A DNA stretch of 33,576 nucleotides from Deltaproteobacteria bacterium (GTDB lineage Bacteria > SAR324 > NAC60-12). The stretch spans positions 57,813-91,388 of the forward strand of contig JAYOTF010000009.1 in the NCBI GenBank assembly GCA_038150265.1, written 5' to 3'. Shown one piece after another: positions 1 to 12,005 of the stretch (position 1 is the stretch's first letter; each line of letters begins with the position of its first letter). The position numbers and the translations under genes were made by a program. The notes beneath the pieces are model-generated. The model saw only the letters and a program-made list of their open reading frames with translations, did not search any database and had not been told where the DNA came from.

Positions 1-646
1 TTGCGACCGTCTGCGGGAAGTGCTGGTCGGAGGCGGTGCCCTGCAGCATGAGGAAGTTGGCTCCGGCGGTGAGCAGTTCCGGAAGCCCTTTGGTGGACCA
101 GGCGGGGTCGGGAGACGGCACCCTCAGGCCGAGGACGATCTGCGTTTGGGAAACCCTCCGGACCACCCGCAGCGCCATCCGGGCATCGTCGAGGCGCTCA
201 AAGCCGCTCAGCCAGATCAGGTCGGCGTAGGTATCAGAGAGGTAAATGGCCTGGTTTCCGTAGGCGGCTTCCCGCAGCAGCGCCGGCACAGTCTCTGGAA
301 GCGCTTGCACGACTCCAGCCTGCACGCCGTGGTCCCCCAGTACTTCCTTGAGCAGCGCTCGTCCGGAGTTGTTGAGCGCCTCGCAGCGGTCGCTCAACTC
401 CAGCGGCTTCAGGGCCTCCAGCGAGGCGCCGGCGGTGTTGGTCCGGAAGATCTGAGCGCCGGCACGCTTGTGAATGCGGTGGGCCTGACGGACCGGCTCC
501 GGAGCCTCCTGGTTCGCCCAGCTGAGCGTGGGGAGGTCGGTGAGGCCCAGTTGCTGGAGCGTGGGCGCCAGGTCGGCGTCGCTGACGAGGGGGGCTTCTT
601 CTTCAAGAATGGGGAGCAGTTCAAAGGACGAACCTGAGCGCATCAT
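1..646 (-). CDS. Divergent homocysteine S-methyltransferase (Hcy-binding barrel) family protein, 3' end runs off the window
   Basis: Manual translation of the minus strand from ATG 646 (or 643) is open to the window edge: MMRSGSSFELLPILEEEAPLVSDADLAPTLQQLG...WANQEAPEPVRQAHRIHKRAGAQIFRTNTAGAS...EALNNSGRALLKE. This matches the family pattern DGxMGT...NxxxPExVxxxHxxYxxAGAxIIxTNTFGA...ExNxxAxxLA. It is absent from the ORF track because it has no stop in the window. Confidence 0.75.
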   Translation of the reverse strand, partial: MMRSGSSFELLPILEEEAPLVSDADLAPTLQQLGLTDLPTLSWANQEAPEPVRQAHRIHKRAGAQIFRTNTAGASLEALKPLELSDRCEALNNSGRALLKEVLGDHGVQAGVVQALPETVPALLREAAYGNQAIYLSDTYADLIWLSGFERLDDARMALRVVRRVSQTQIVLGLRVPSPDPAWSTKGLPELLTAGANFLMLQGTASDQHFPQTVA

Positions 647-706
647 GGTGGAAAAACGGGGAAGAGGGGAACAAAAACAGTGACGGGAAAACGGCGGGGT
701 GAGGGT

Positions 707-2158
707 TCAGTGAAGCTCCGGAAACTGACGACGCATGAGGTGCAGCGCCTTCTTGGAGGCTCCGAGGATGTCGGTAATGAGCTTTTGCTCCACCGGATTG
801 CACTCTCGGGGATCGAGGTGATTTTCCGGGGCCTTGCCTTCGCGGAGGCGAGACACCTGGTGGCGCAGGCGCAGGCGCATGAGGAATTCATAGCCTTCCT
901 GGAGCAGCTTGTGGTCGTCGGGACGCAGCGCCTGAAGCTCCCGGAGGCGGTCCAGGCGGTCGCTCGTGTTCGTCAGCTCCAGGTGCTGCTGCAGGGAAAA
1001 GAAGCGGGCGCCGTCCACAATGGGAGTCATCGCCTTTTTCAGGTCAAAGGTGTGGTCGTGCTCGCCACCTTTTTCCAGAGCCAGCCCGCCCCACCAGTTG
1101 AGGGGGGGCTGCATCTGCTGGGCGTTCCGGGCAAGGTGATAGAAGAACAGGCGGTTCTGATCGTTCAGGAGGCTCCAGAGGTGCTGGCGCAGCAAATCGG
1201 CCAACTCGCTGGAACCATGGGCCGCCCGGAAATCGAAGAAGATGGTGCTGCGCATGATGGCCACGGGCTCCGGAGTCTCCACCCACTTGCGGAAGTAGCC
1301 CTTCCAGACAGAAAGGGGCTGGCACCAGAGCGGGTTCTGGGCCATGACGTTTCCCTGGCAGAGCGAGTACCCAACGCGGTCGAGCCGAGAGCAAATGGCT
1401 TCACCAAAGCGGAGGAACCAGCCCTGGACCTCGCCCAACTGCGCATCCGGGACATCCTCAAAGACGATGGCGTTGTCCTGATCGGTTTTGAGGGTCTGCT
1501 CCTGCCGGCCTTCGCTGCCCATGGTGAGGAAGACGAAGGGCACCGGAGGAGGACCCAGTTCCTCAAGGGCCTGGCGCAGCAGGGCTTCAAGGACGGTGTC
1601 GGCAAAGAGGCTGATGAGGCGGGTGATGCTGAGAACCGGCATGCCGGTTTCAATGAGCGTGCTGACGACTTCCGGAATCTGTTGCTGGAGCGCCGCCATC
1701 TCTTCAACGCTCCGGGCGGCTTCCAGAGAGCGGAGCAGGTAGAACTGCGAGTACCCCTGCGCAATGAGGGCGTGGTGCCGGACCAGTCCACAGACTCGGC
1801 CGGTGGGGTCGCTGATGCCGAGGTGCATGACGTTGTGCAGGTTCATCACCAGCAAGGCGTCAAAGACGGTCTTGTTCTCTGGAATGGCAAACAACGGCGC
1901 CGACATGACATCGCCGACGGGAGTGTCCAGGGGCAATCCGGCGGCAACGATGCGGTTCCGGAGGTCCTTGTCGGTGAAGATGCCCTGAAAGCCAACCGCC
2001 CCGCCTTCCACCAGAATGGCGCTGCTCTGCTGCTGCTGCATCAGGCGGGCGGCTTCCGTGACCGGAGTGGTGACGGCGCAGGTGGGCACTTCGCCGCGGA
2101 GCATCTCGGAGAGGGGCTGCTGGTAGTAGTGAAGGTTGGGAGAGGCGTTGGTGTCCAT
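707..2158 (-). CDS. CBS-pair + DUF294 putative nucleotidyltransferase (with DUF294_C substrate-binding domain)
   Basis: N-terminal CBS pair (GIFTDKDLRNRIVA...VGDVMS), NTase motif GSEGRQEQTLKTDQDNAI, the CQGNVMAQNPLW and IFFDFR motifs, and C-terminal DLKK...TSDRL. Confidence 0.85.
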   Translation of the reverse strand: MDTNASPNLHYYQQPLSEMLRGEVPTCAVTTPVTEAARLMQQQQSSAILVEGGAVGFQGIFTDKDLRNRIVAAGLPLDTPVGDVMSAPLFAIPENKTVFDALLVMNLHNVMHLGISDPTGRVCGLVRHHALIAQGYSQFYLLRSLEAARSVEEMAALQQQIPEVVSTLIETGMPVLSITRLISLFADTVLEALLRQALEELGPPPVPFVFLTMGSEGRQEQTLKTDQDNAIVFEDVPDAQLGEVQGWFLRFGEAICSRLDRVGYSLCQGNVMAQNPLWCQPLSVWKGYFRKWVETPEPVAIMRSTIFFDFRAAHGSSELADLLRQHLWSLLNDQNRLFFYHLARNAQQMQPPLNWWGGLALEKGGEHDHTFDLKKAMTPIVDGARFFSLQQHLELTNTSDRLDRLRELQALRPDDHKLLQEGYEFLMRLRLRHQVSRLREGKAPENHLDPRECNPVEQKLITDILGASKKALHLMRRQFPELH

Positions 2159-2179
2159 GGAGCCCAGGCACGTCCAAAG

Positions 2180-2413
2180 TTAGTTGGAAGGAACGACGGT
2201 CTCCTTGAGGTCCTGCACCATCTTGCCTGCCTGATCCGGAAGCCCTTCCGCCTGCTGCTCGGTCCACTGCACAGAGTCACCGATCAGGCCCTGAGCCGAT
2301 TCAATGAGGCCCTGGTTTTCCATCCAGTCGAGCACATCGACGTAGGTGAGGCCTTGAGTGCCCGCCCAGTAGGCGGCGGCAAGCAGAATCAGGATGAGGA
2401 GCAGGCGAAACAT
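2180..2413 (-). CDS. Small hypothetical membrane-anchored/exported protein (77 aa)
   Basis: ATG at 2413 lies 1 nt after the purA stop. Hydrophobic N-terminus MFRLLLILILLAAAYWAG followed by an acidic amphipathic tail. Confidence 0.65.
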   Translation of the reverse strand: MFRLLLILILLAAAYWAGTQGLTYVDVLDWMENQGLIESAQGLIGDSVQWTEQQAEGLPDQAGKMVQDLKETVVPSN

Positions 2414-2414
2414 A

Positions 2415-4534
<2,120 letters not shown>

Positions 4535-4629
4535 GGCCTCTGTTAAAAAAATATGGTTTGTCTTTGCGGATGAGTCGAAGCAAACTTTGGAACCCTACAC
4601 GATTTGACCCCGAAGAACCAGAAAAAACC

Positions 4630-5436
4630 GTGAAACTCAGCACGCTTAGCCTCTCTATTCCGGAGCCCTCCGGAAGTTTATACATCGTCTCGGACTCGCA
4701 CCTTGATCGTCATCAAGCCCCTCCGGATGAGTTTGTCGCAATGCTGGATGCGCTTCCTGATGCCGAGGTGGTGATCTGCCTGGGGGACCTCTTCAAGGTG
4801 TGGCTGGCGTTGCCTCGGTTCTGGTCGAAGCTCAACCGCGAGGTGATGATTGGCTTCTGGCGCCTGAAGGAGTGCGGGGCCACGAACGTCTTTGTGGTGG
4901 GCAACCGTGAAGTGCTGGTGCCCCGAGACCACCGTCCGGAGCGTCAGGAACTGCCCTTTCACCACATTGCTCCAGATGAGCTGTCTCTGCAGTGGGGCAG
5001 CTGGAAGCTGGGTTTTCTGCACGGAGACACGGTCAATTCGCAGGACAAGCAGTACCTGCGCTGGCGTCGGTTGTGCCGCAGCTCGCTCTTCCGCTGGTTC
5101 TTCCGGAGCCTGCCGAAGGTGCTGGCGGTCAAGATTGCCGACCGGGTGGAGGAAGCCCTGAACCACAGCAACCAGGAGTTCAAAATTGCCTTTCCGGAGG
5201 CCGAGGTGAAGCACTTTGCCGCCAAGGCCCTGGCGCAGTATGACGCTTACTTCCTGGGGCACTTTCACCGAGACGACACCATTCGGGTGGAAGGCTACCC
5301 CGGCTTCCTGCGGGTGGTTCCCGACTGGTTGGGCACACGCTCCATCCTCCGGCTTTCCGCCAGTGGCCAGCTCGAAACCCTGGTTTTCCGAGAGGGGCAC
5401 CTGATCCCGGTGGCTTCCGAACGTCCCCAGATTTAA
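4630..5436 (+). CDS. lpxH: UDP-2,3-diacylglucosamine diphosphatase (LpxH-like calcineurin-type metallophosphoesterase)
   Basis: SDSHL, LGDLF, GNRE, HGD..N..DKQYLRWR and GHFH motifs. The start is uncertain; GTG 4630 was chosen, and the ORF is open from 4558. Confidence 0.75.
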   Translation: MKLSTLSLSIPEPSGSLYIVSDSHLDRHQAPPDEFVAMLDALPDAEVVICLGDLFKVWLALPRFWSKLNREVMIGFWRLKECGATNVFVVGNREVLVPRDHRPERQELPFHHIAPDELSLQWGSWKLGFLHGDTVNSQDKQYLRWRRLCRSSLFRWFFRSLPKVLAVKIADRVEEALNHSNQEFKIAFPEAEVKHFAAKALAQYDAYFLGHFHRDDTIRVEGYPGFLRVVPDWLGTRSILRLSASGQLETLVFREGHLIPVASERPQI

Positions 5437-5560
5437 CGCCTGCGCTGCGGGTCAGCTCCGCCGGGATCCGCTGGGAGTCTGACCGTTTCCCGCCTGCTTG
5501 CACGATGCCTGCATTGCCCCAGAGCAAAATGCAGTCTTGAACCTTTTTCTGGTTACGGTC

Positions 5561-6721
5561 TTGTTCGCTCGGCTTTACACACGTCTCTTCCTCATCCTGC
5601 TCCTGATGGTGCCCACGCTGGTGAGCGCCAACGAACTCAAGCGCCCCATGCAGGGGGTCCGGAACCTGGGAATGGGGAACATTGGTGTGGCCCTCAGTTA
5701 TGATGAAAACGCCCTCTTCTACAATCCGGCCGGACTGGCTGCCGTGGATGCGCTGCTGGTGGGGCTTCCGACCATTTACGAGGTGTCTCAGGACACCATC
5801 GACATTGCGTCGGACATCAGCAACCTGAGCAGCGACAGCAGCACCGCCGATACCGTTCAGCTGGTTCTCGGGAAGGATGTCTTCTTCCGGACCTCACCGA
5901 TTGGCATGAACCTCGTGATTCCGTTCGGAAGCGCCTTTACGCTCGGAGCGGCTCTGACCTCCGAGGTCCGCTTCGAACTGGCGGCACGGAATCCGGTGTC
6001 TCTTGAGCTTTCCTTTGGCTCCCGGGTGGATGCCATTGGCATCCTGGGCTTTGGCACCACGATCAACAAGGGCCAGTGGCTCGTGGGGGCGAGTTACAAC
6101 CAGATTCAGCGAAACGATGTCCCGCGGGCCACGGTTTCGCTCGGAGACGCGCTCAGTGATGCCAAGCTGGAAGACACCGTTGGGCTGTCGTCCACGCTGT
6201 CTTCAGCATCTTCCTACGACATTGGCTTTCAGCGGCGGATGGCGTCCTTCCCCAGCCTGCAGATGACCTGGGGCGCCGTGGCCCACAACCTGGGGCGCCT
6301 GACCTTCAACCGGGCCGATAACGAAACCAACCCGGCTGACGTGGCCACCGAATATGACATCGGCCTCTCCATTCAGCCCAGCTGGGGACCCGTCCGCCTG
6401 CTCGGAGGCATTGACCTGCGGGACGTGACCATTGCCAGCGAAGACGACCCCTACTGCCGGTCCAACCGAGGCACCGACTGTACCTGGAAGCGCCTGCACA
6501 TGGGGCTGGAGCTGGGCTTCTTCCCCATTGATACCTCCACCAATGTGGTCTCGCTCCGCATGGGCTACAGCCAGGGCTACGCCAGCTTCGGTTTCGGGCT
6601 GGCCCCCCTCATCTTTACCCGCTTCTTCAACATCGACTTTGCCGTCTACAAGGCCGAGATTGGGAGTCGCCCCGGAACCCCACAGCTGCGACGGGCCTTG
6701 CAAATTCAGTTTGGATTCTGA
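5561..6721 (+). CDS. Outer-membrane beta-barrel protein (TraF/FadL/PorV-like N-terminal motif)
   Basis: Signal peptide ending ..PTLVSA, the motif RNLGMGNIGVA...ALFYNPAGLA, alternating beta-strand pattern and C-terminal Phe (LQIQFGF). The TTG 5561 start is inferred. Confidence 0.75.
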   Translation: MFARLYTRLFLILLLMVPTLVSANELKRPMQGVRNLGMGNIGVALSYDENALFYNPAGLAAVDALLVGLPTIYEVSQDTIDIASDISNLSSDSSTADTVQLVLGKDVFFRTSPIGMNLVIPFGSAFTLGAALTSEVRFELAARNPVSLELSFGSRVDAIGILGFGTTINKGQWLVGASYNQIQRNDVPRATVSLGDALSDAKLEDTVGLSSTLSSASSYDIGFQRRMASFPSLQMTWGAVAHNLGRLTFNRADNETNPADVATEYDIGLSIQPSWGPVRLLGGIDLRDVTIASEDDPYCRSNRGTDCTWKRLHMGLELGFFPIDTSTNVVSLRMGYSQGYASFGFGLAPLIFTRFFNIDFAVYKAEIGSRPGTPQLRRALQIQFGF

Positions 6722-6722
6722 C

Positions 6723-7625
6723 ATGAAACGCTTCTTCCCCCTCGTCTCCGGATTGCTGTTGCTGCTGGTTCCAGCCTGCGGTGACCTGGTGACCGAATCG
6801 GATGCGAGCGCCTGCAACAATGCGCTGGACGAACGCGACTACAGCACCGCCTTGAGCGTCTGCAGCGAACGCAAGGACAAGGCTGCCGCCTACATGGGCC
6901 TGGCGGGCTACGACCTCATCAACATCCTGGACTCCACGGAAAAGAGCGCCTCAGCCTATACGGCTCCGAGCGCCGGGGCCAACCTGGGAACGGATGCTGC
7001 GACGTCTCGGACCATTCTCAACCTGCTGGCTTTGGATCCTGAAAGCATTCCGGACGAGAGTACACGACGGACGCGCAACCACCAGTCGAAGAATTACCTT
7101 GATAACGCGTCGGCGCTGCTGCATCCGGATTTGACGGACTTGACCAGCGATGAATTGCTGCTGGATGCCTTTGCCCTGGCCTTTGCCTCTCAGTTGGAGC
7201 AGGTCCTGATCTTTGACAACGGAAGCGTCAGCGATAACGTGACCCCTACCATTACGCTAGGTTCGCCGGTTGTGGCAACCTGTGGAACCACGGTCAACAC
7301 GAGTGATGCAGACGTTCAAAGCGTTCTGGCCGCCGTGGATGGGCACCTCTGGACGGCTGAACAGAACTACTACAATTGCAATGTCCTGAAGGAATTTTTT
7401 GAGGACCCCAGTAACTCTGCCGAGGCGGCTACTGTAGCCGGTGGCGGAGCAACCCCTGCGACGGTTACCGAGGCCCTCTGTGCTCCGCTGACATCGTTGG
7501 GAGGCTACCTGACCAAGCTGGTTGACACCACCACCCGGCTGACCCTGAGTGGCGATTCCACGTCCACCATTTCAGATACCACGTCTGAGCTGGATTCCGC
7601 CTTGACGGATTTGGGCTGCCAGTAA
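6723..7625 (+). CDS. Hypothetical lipoprotein (300 aa), Ser/Thr/Asp-rich, several Cys
   Basis: ATG 6723 lies 1 nt after the barrel stop. Signal peptide MKRFFPLVSGLLLLLVPA-C with a lipobox-like VPAC; TPR-like helix pair ALDERDYSTALSVC...AAAYMGLAG. Confidence 0.8.
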   Translation: MKRFFPLVSGLLLLLVPACGDLVTESDASACNNALDERDYSTALSVCSERKDKAAAYMGLAGYDLINILDSTEKSASAYTAPSAGANLGTDAATSRTILNLLALDPESIPDESTRRTRNHQSKNYLDNASALLHPDLTDLTSDELLLDAFALAFASQLEQVLIFDNGSVSDNVTPTITLGSPVVATCGTTVNTSDADVQSVLAAVDGHLWTAEQNYYNCNVLKEFFEDPSNSAEAATVAGGGATPATVTEALCAPLTSLGGYLTKLVDTTTRLTLSGDSTSTISDTTSELDSALTDLGCQ

Positions 7626-7632
7626 CCTCCGC

Positions 7633-7661
7633 TTGAACCTCTGCCACGCTTTTGGCATACT
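7633..7661 (+). promoter_or_regulatory. Putative sigma70 promoter of the mutase-meaB-pyrD unit
   Basis: TTGAAC (7633-7638), 17-nt spacer, TGg-CATACT (7656-7661) with an extended -10 TG. Confidence 0.45.
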
Positions 7662-7717
7662 CCCCCGCAACCTGCCGTATCTTGCCTTGATGCAAGGCCA
7701 CCCTTTCGGAGAGTTGC

Positions 7718-9871
7718 ATGGAATCCAAGCCCCGCCCCACCCTGCAGGATTGGGCCGCTCAGGCGACCCAAGAGCTTCGAGGCCAACCGGTTGAGTCGAT
7801 CCATTGGTCGACCCCGGAAGGCATTGAACTGAAGCCTCTCTACACGGCAGCCGATCTGGAAGCACTGGAGTGGGGGGACTCGCTCCCCGGCTTCTTCCCC
7901 TTTGTCCGGGGCCCCCGGGCAACCATGTACGCCAACCGTCCCTGGACCATCCGCCAGTATGCCGGCTTCTCCACCGCCGAAGAGTCCAACGCGTTTTACC
8001 GCCGCAACCTGGCGGCTGGCCAGAAGGGCCTGAGTGTCGCATTTGACCTGGCCACGCACCGAGGATACGACTCCGATCACCCCCGGGTGGTGGGAGACGT
8101 CGGAAAAGCAGGTGTTGCGATTGACTCGGTGGAGGACATGAAGATCCTCTTCGACGGCATCCCGCTCAATGAAATGTCGGTTTCCATGACCATGAACGGC
8201 GCGGTGCTTCCGGTGCTGGCCGCCTACATTGTGGCTGCCGAGGAACAAGGTGTGTCGCAGGAGCAACTCAGCGGAACCATTCAGAACGACATTCTGAAGG
8301 AGTTCATGGTCCGCAACACCTACATTTACCCGCCGGAGCCCTCCATGCGGGTGGTGGGAGACATCATTGAGCACACCGCGAACTTCATGCCCCGCTACAA
8401 CTCCATCAGCATCAGCGGGTACCACATTCAGGAAGCCGGCGCGACGGCTGTGCAGGAACTCGCCTTCACGCTCGGAGACGGCCTGGAGTACGTTCGGTCC
8501 GCCCTGAAACGCGGAATGGCCATTGATGCCTTTGCGCCGCGGCTGTCGTTCTTCTTTGGCATTGGCATGAACTTCTACATGGAAATTGCCAAACTCCGGG
8601 CTGCACGCCTGCTCTGGGCCGAGCTCATTCAGCCCTTTGCTCCGGCCAAGGCGCAGTCGCTGATGCTCCGGACCCACTGCCAGACCTCTGGGTGGAGCCT
8701 CACCGAACAGGACCCGTACAACAACATCATCCGGACCACTGTGGAAGCCATGGCTGCGGTACTGGGCGGAACGCAGTCGCTGCACACGAACTCCTTCGAT
8801 GAAGCCCTTGGCCTGCCCACCGAAACCTCGGCCCGCATCGCCCGGAACACGCAGCTGATTCTGCAGGAAGAGTCGGGCATTCCCCACGTCGTGGATCCCT
8901 TTGGGGGCTCCTTCTTCATGGAGTCCCTGACCCACTCGCTGGCCAACGAAGCCCGGACGCTGCTTGAGGAAGTCGAAGGCCTCGGAGGCATGACCAAAGC
9001 GGTGGAGTCAGGCATGCCGAAGCAGCGCATTGAAGAATCGGCAGCACGCAGGCAGGCCCTCATTGACCAGGGCAAGGAAGTCATTGTCGGCGTCAACAAG
9101 TACCGCGTGGACGGCGATACGGGCGTGGAGGTCCGGGAAATCGACAACTCCGCTGTCCGGGAGTCGCAGCTCCGTCGCTTGGAACAGATCCGAGCCTCTC
9201 GCGATCAGGCGCAGGTGACGTCCACGCTGAATGCCATCCGGACTGCCGCCGAGTCCGGAGCCGGCAACCTGCTGGCGCTCAGCATTGAGGCCATCCGCGT
9301 CCGGGCCACCGTCGGGGAGGTTTCCGAGGCCATGGAATCGGTGTGGGGCCGTTACAATGCGCCAATCCGCGCCAGCTACGGGGTGTATGCCGGCAGCTAC
9401 CCGGATCAGGAGGAACTCGGCCAGGTGAAGGCGTTGGTGGAGCAGTTTGCAGTCTCAGAAGGGCGCCGCCCCCGCATGCTGGTCGCCAAGATGGGGCAAG
9501 ACGGACACGACCGGGGGGCGAAAGTCATCTCCACTGCCTTTGCCGACCTCGGGTTTGACATTGACATCGGCTCCCTCTTCCAAACGCCGGAAGAGGTGGT
9601 CAAGCAGGCTGTTGAAAATGACGTCCACGTCATCGGGGTGTCCAGTCAGGCAGCGGGTCACAAGACGCTGGTCACTGAACTGACGCAGGCGCTGCGGTCG
9701 CAAAATGCGGAAGACATCAAGGTCGTGGTCGGAGGCGTGATTCCGCCGCAGGATTATGACTTCCTTTACAACCTTGGCGTCTCCTGCATCTTTGGCCCCG
9801 GGACCCCGATCCCGAAAGCGGCCCGCGAGGTGCTGGCGGCCCTGTCGCCTTCCACGGCTCAAGCGGCCTGA
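7718..9871 (+). CDS. scpA: Methylmalonyl-CoA mutase (AdoCbl-dependent, fused B12-binding domain)
   Basis: [10 protein letters not shown] (Tyr specificity residue of MCM), [31 protein letters not shown] and the B12 motif QDGHDRG; 717 aa. Confidence 0.97.
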   Translation: MESKPRPTLQDWAAQATQELRGQPVESIHWSTPEGIELKPLYTAADLEALEWGDSLPGFFPFVRGPRATMYANRPWTIRQYAGFSTAEESNAFYRRNLAAGQKGLSVAFDLATHRGYDSDHPRVVGDVGKAGVAIDSVEDMKILFDGIPLNEMSVSMTMNGAVLPVLAAYIVAAEEQGVSQEQLSGTIQNDILKEFMVRNTYIYPPEPSMRVVGDIIEHTANFMPRYNSISISGYHIQEAGATAVQELAFTLGDGLEYVRSALKRGMAIDAFAPRLSFFFGIGMNFYMEIAKLRAARLLWAELIQPFAPAKAQSLMLRTHCQTSGWSLTEQDPYNNIIRTTVEAMAAVLGGTQSLHTNSFDEALGLPTETSARIARNTQLILQEESGIPHVVDPFGGSFFMESLTHSLANEARTLLEEVEGLGGMTKAVESGMPKQRIEESAARRQALIDQGKEVIVGVNKYRVDGDTGVEVREIDNSAVRESQLRRLEQIRASRDQAQVTSTLNAIRTAAESGAGNLLALSIEAIRVRATVGEVSEAMESVWGRYNAPIRASYGVYAGSYPDQEELGQVKALVEQFAVSEGRRPRMLVAKMGQDGHDRGAKVISTAFADLGFDIDIGSLFQTPEEVVKQAVENDVHVIGVSSQAAGHKTLVTELTQALRSQNAEDIKVVVGGVIPPQDYDFLYNLGVSCIFGPGTPIPKAAREVLAALSPSTAQAA

Positions 9872-9937
9872 GTTCCAGAGCATGAATCAGCCCACTCAGA
9901 ACAGGACGCTACCCACACGCCCTGGCTCAGGAGGCGT

Positions 9938-10918
9938 GTGACCCATCCGGACTCCCTTCCAGACAACCTGCACCGCATCCGGTCTGGTGAACGCCGGGCG
10001 CTGGCCAAGGCCATCACGCTGCTGGAAAGCTCACGGACGGATCACCAAAAGCAGGCGCAGGACCTGCTGGAGGCACTCCTGCCAGAGTCGGGAAACGCCT
10101 TGCGCATCGGCATCACCGGGGTCCCGGGGGTGGGCAAGAGCACCTTCATTGAAGCCTTTGGCCTCTCCCTCATTGAACAGGGGCATCGGGTCGCGGTGCT
10201 GGCAGTGGATCCATCAAGTCCGGTGACCGGCGGGAGCATTCTGGGCGACAAAACCCGGATGAATGAACTGTCCCAGCATCCGGATGCCTTCATTCGTCCG
10301 TCTCCCTCGTCCGGAATCCTGGGAGGCGTCGGACGCCGCACCCGTGAAACGATGCTACTCTGTGAAGCCGCGGGTTACGACGTCATCTTTGTGGAAACCG
10401 TTGGGGTCGGGCAGTCTGAAACCCTGGTCGCCTCCATGACGGATTGCTTCCTCGTCCTCATGCTTCCGAATGCCGGAGACGAGCTGCAGGGCATCAAGAA
10501 GGGCATCCTGGAGTTGGCTGACCTGCTGGTGGTGAACAAGGCGGATGGGGACCAGGAGGCGCTGGCGCGACATGCGCAGCAGACCTACCGGCAGGCCCTG
10601 CGGCTGATGACATCCGGACAGGCCGAATGGAAACCGCCGGTGCTGACCATCAGTGCCCTCAAGCGCCAGGGGTTGAGCGACCTGTGGCAGGCCATCCGGG
10701 AGTTTGAGACGACCCGCAAGTCCTCTGGTGCGTGGGAGCAGAACCGCCGGAGCCAGCAGCACCGCTGGTTCTGGAGCCTGGTGGAAGAAGCCCTCCTCCA
10801 GCGCTTTCAGGAGCACCCGGCTGTCCGCAAGGCCATTCCGGAGGTGGAGCACCTGATCCATGAAGACGCCCTCCTGCCGTCCCGTGCCGCCCAGCGCCTG
10901 CTCAAGGCCTTCCAGTAG
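9938..10918 (+). CDS. meaB: Methylmalonyl-CoA mutase-associated GTPase MeaB/ArgK
   Basis: [43 protein letters not shown] and NKAD motifs; follows the mutase; GGAGG precedes the GTG start. Confidence 0.96.
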   Translation: MTHPDSLPDNLHRIRSGERRALAKAITLLESSRTDHQKQAQDLLEALLPESGNALRIGITGVPGVGKSTFIEAFGLSLIEQGHRVAVLAVDPSSPVTGGSILGDKTRMNELSQHPDAFIRPSPSSGILGGVGRRTRETMLLCEAAGYDVIFVETVGVGQSETLVASMTDCFLVLMLPNAGDELQGIKKGILELADLLVVNKADGDQEALARHAQQTYRQALRLMTSGQAEWKPPVLTISALKRQGLSDLWQAIREFETTRKSSGAWEQNRRSQQHRWFWSLVEEALLQRFQEHPAVRKAIPEVEHLIHEDALLPSRAAQRLLKAFQ

Positions 10919-10946
10919 TCCCGTCACCCCACCGTTTCAGACCAAC

Positions 10947-12005
10947 ATGCTCCTGTCTTCCCTTTATGACGCCCTGCGTCCTTACGTGTTTCAGTTGGAC
11001 CCGGAAGTGGCCCATGAACGAACCTTTGCGCTGGTTGAATCCCTGGCTCGGGTGCCGGGCAGCCTGAAGGTCCTTCAGCAGGGCACACCCGGTCCCGACC
11101 CACGCCTGATGACGCGCCTTTGGGGGCACGTGCTGCCCAGCCCCATCGGCATTGCTGCTGGGTTTGACAAGGATGCCCGGATTTACAATGCGCTCTTTGC
11201 CCTCGGCTTTTCAGCTGTGGAGGTGGGCACCGTCACCCCGCGTCCGCAACCCGGAAACCCGAAGCCCCGCCTCTTTCGCCTTCCGGAAGATGAGGCGCTC
11301 ATCAACCGGTTCGGTTTCAACAACGCGGGAGCTGCCGCCATGCAGCAACGGCTGCAGCAACAGGCTCCTCAAGGGCTGCTGGGCGTCAACCTGGGCAAGA
11401 ACAAGGACACCCCGCTGGCAGAGGCTCCGGAGGATTACGTCCGCGGGCTGGAAGCCTTTCATGGGCTGGCCGATTACCTGGTCATCAACATCAGCTCTCC
11501 CAACACGGAAAACCTCCGGAGCCTTCAGAGTGAAGCGGCGCTGCAGGAATTGCTGGACCGCTGCTTCAGCCGCCGGGACCAGCTGGCTCAGCTCTCGGGC
11601 AAGGCGACTCCGCTGCTGGTAAAGCTGGCCCCAGACTGGGAGGCCGAGGCACTGGAGCAAAGCCTCAGCGTGCTCCAGACGTTTCCGCTGGATGGGGTGG
11701 TCGCCACCAACACCACTCTTGATCGCGCTGGCCTGCAGTCTCGTCATCGTGATGAAACCGGGGGCCTGAGCGGGCGACCATTGCAGGAGCGCTCCACGGC
11801 ATTCATCCGGCACCTGCGGAGCGTGCTTCCGGCCGAGATGCCGATTCTTGGGGTCGGGGGCGTGTTTACGGGGGCCGATGTGCACGAAAAGCTTCAGGCG
11901 GGTGCCACCCTGGTGCAGGTGTACACGAGCCTGATTTATCGCGGGCCCGGTTTGGCCCGGATGCTTCAGCAGGAGCTGCTGGCGTACCGGGAGGCGACGG
12001 CTTAG
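10947..12005 (+). CDS. pyrD: Quinone-dependent dihydroorotate dehydrogenase (class 2)
   Basis: AAGFDK, GTVTPRPQPGNPKPRLFRL, NRFGFNN, NISSPNT, KLAPD, TNTT, GGLSG and QVYT motifs. Confidence 0.97.
   Translation: MLLSSLYDALRPYVFQLDPEVAHERTFALVESLARVPGSLKVLQQGTPGPDPRLMTRLWGHVLPSPIGIAAGFDKDARIYNALFALGFSAVEVGTVTPRPQPGNPKPRLFRLPEDEALINRFGFNNAGAAAMQQRLQQQAPQGLLGVNLGKNKDTPLAEAPEDYVRGLEAFHGLADYLVINISSPNTENLRSLQSEAALQELLDRCFSRRDQLAQLSGKATPLLVKLAPDWEAEALEQSLSVLQTFPLDGVVATNTTLDRAGLQSRHRDETGGLSGRPLQERSTAFIRHLRSVLPAEMPILGVGGVFTGADVHEKLQAGATLVQVYTSLIYRGPGLARMLQQELLAYREATA

Noticed and set aside
20..637. 205-aa plus-strand ORF
   Set aside because: Antisense shadow of the minus-strand Hcy-methyltransferase-like gene; no recognisable motifs.
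7626..7717. Cobalamin riboswitch upstream of the mutase (or of the CobN fragment or MetE-like gene)
   Set aside because: The intergenic spaces are too short and no B12-box was recognised.
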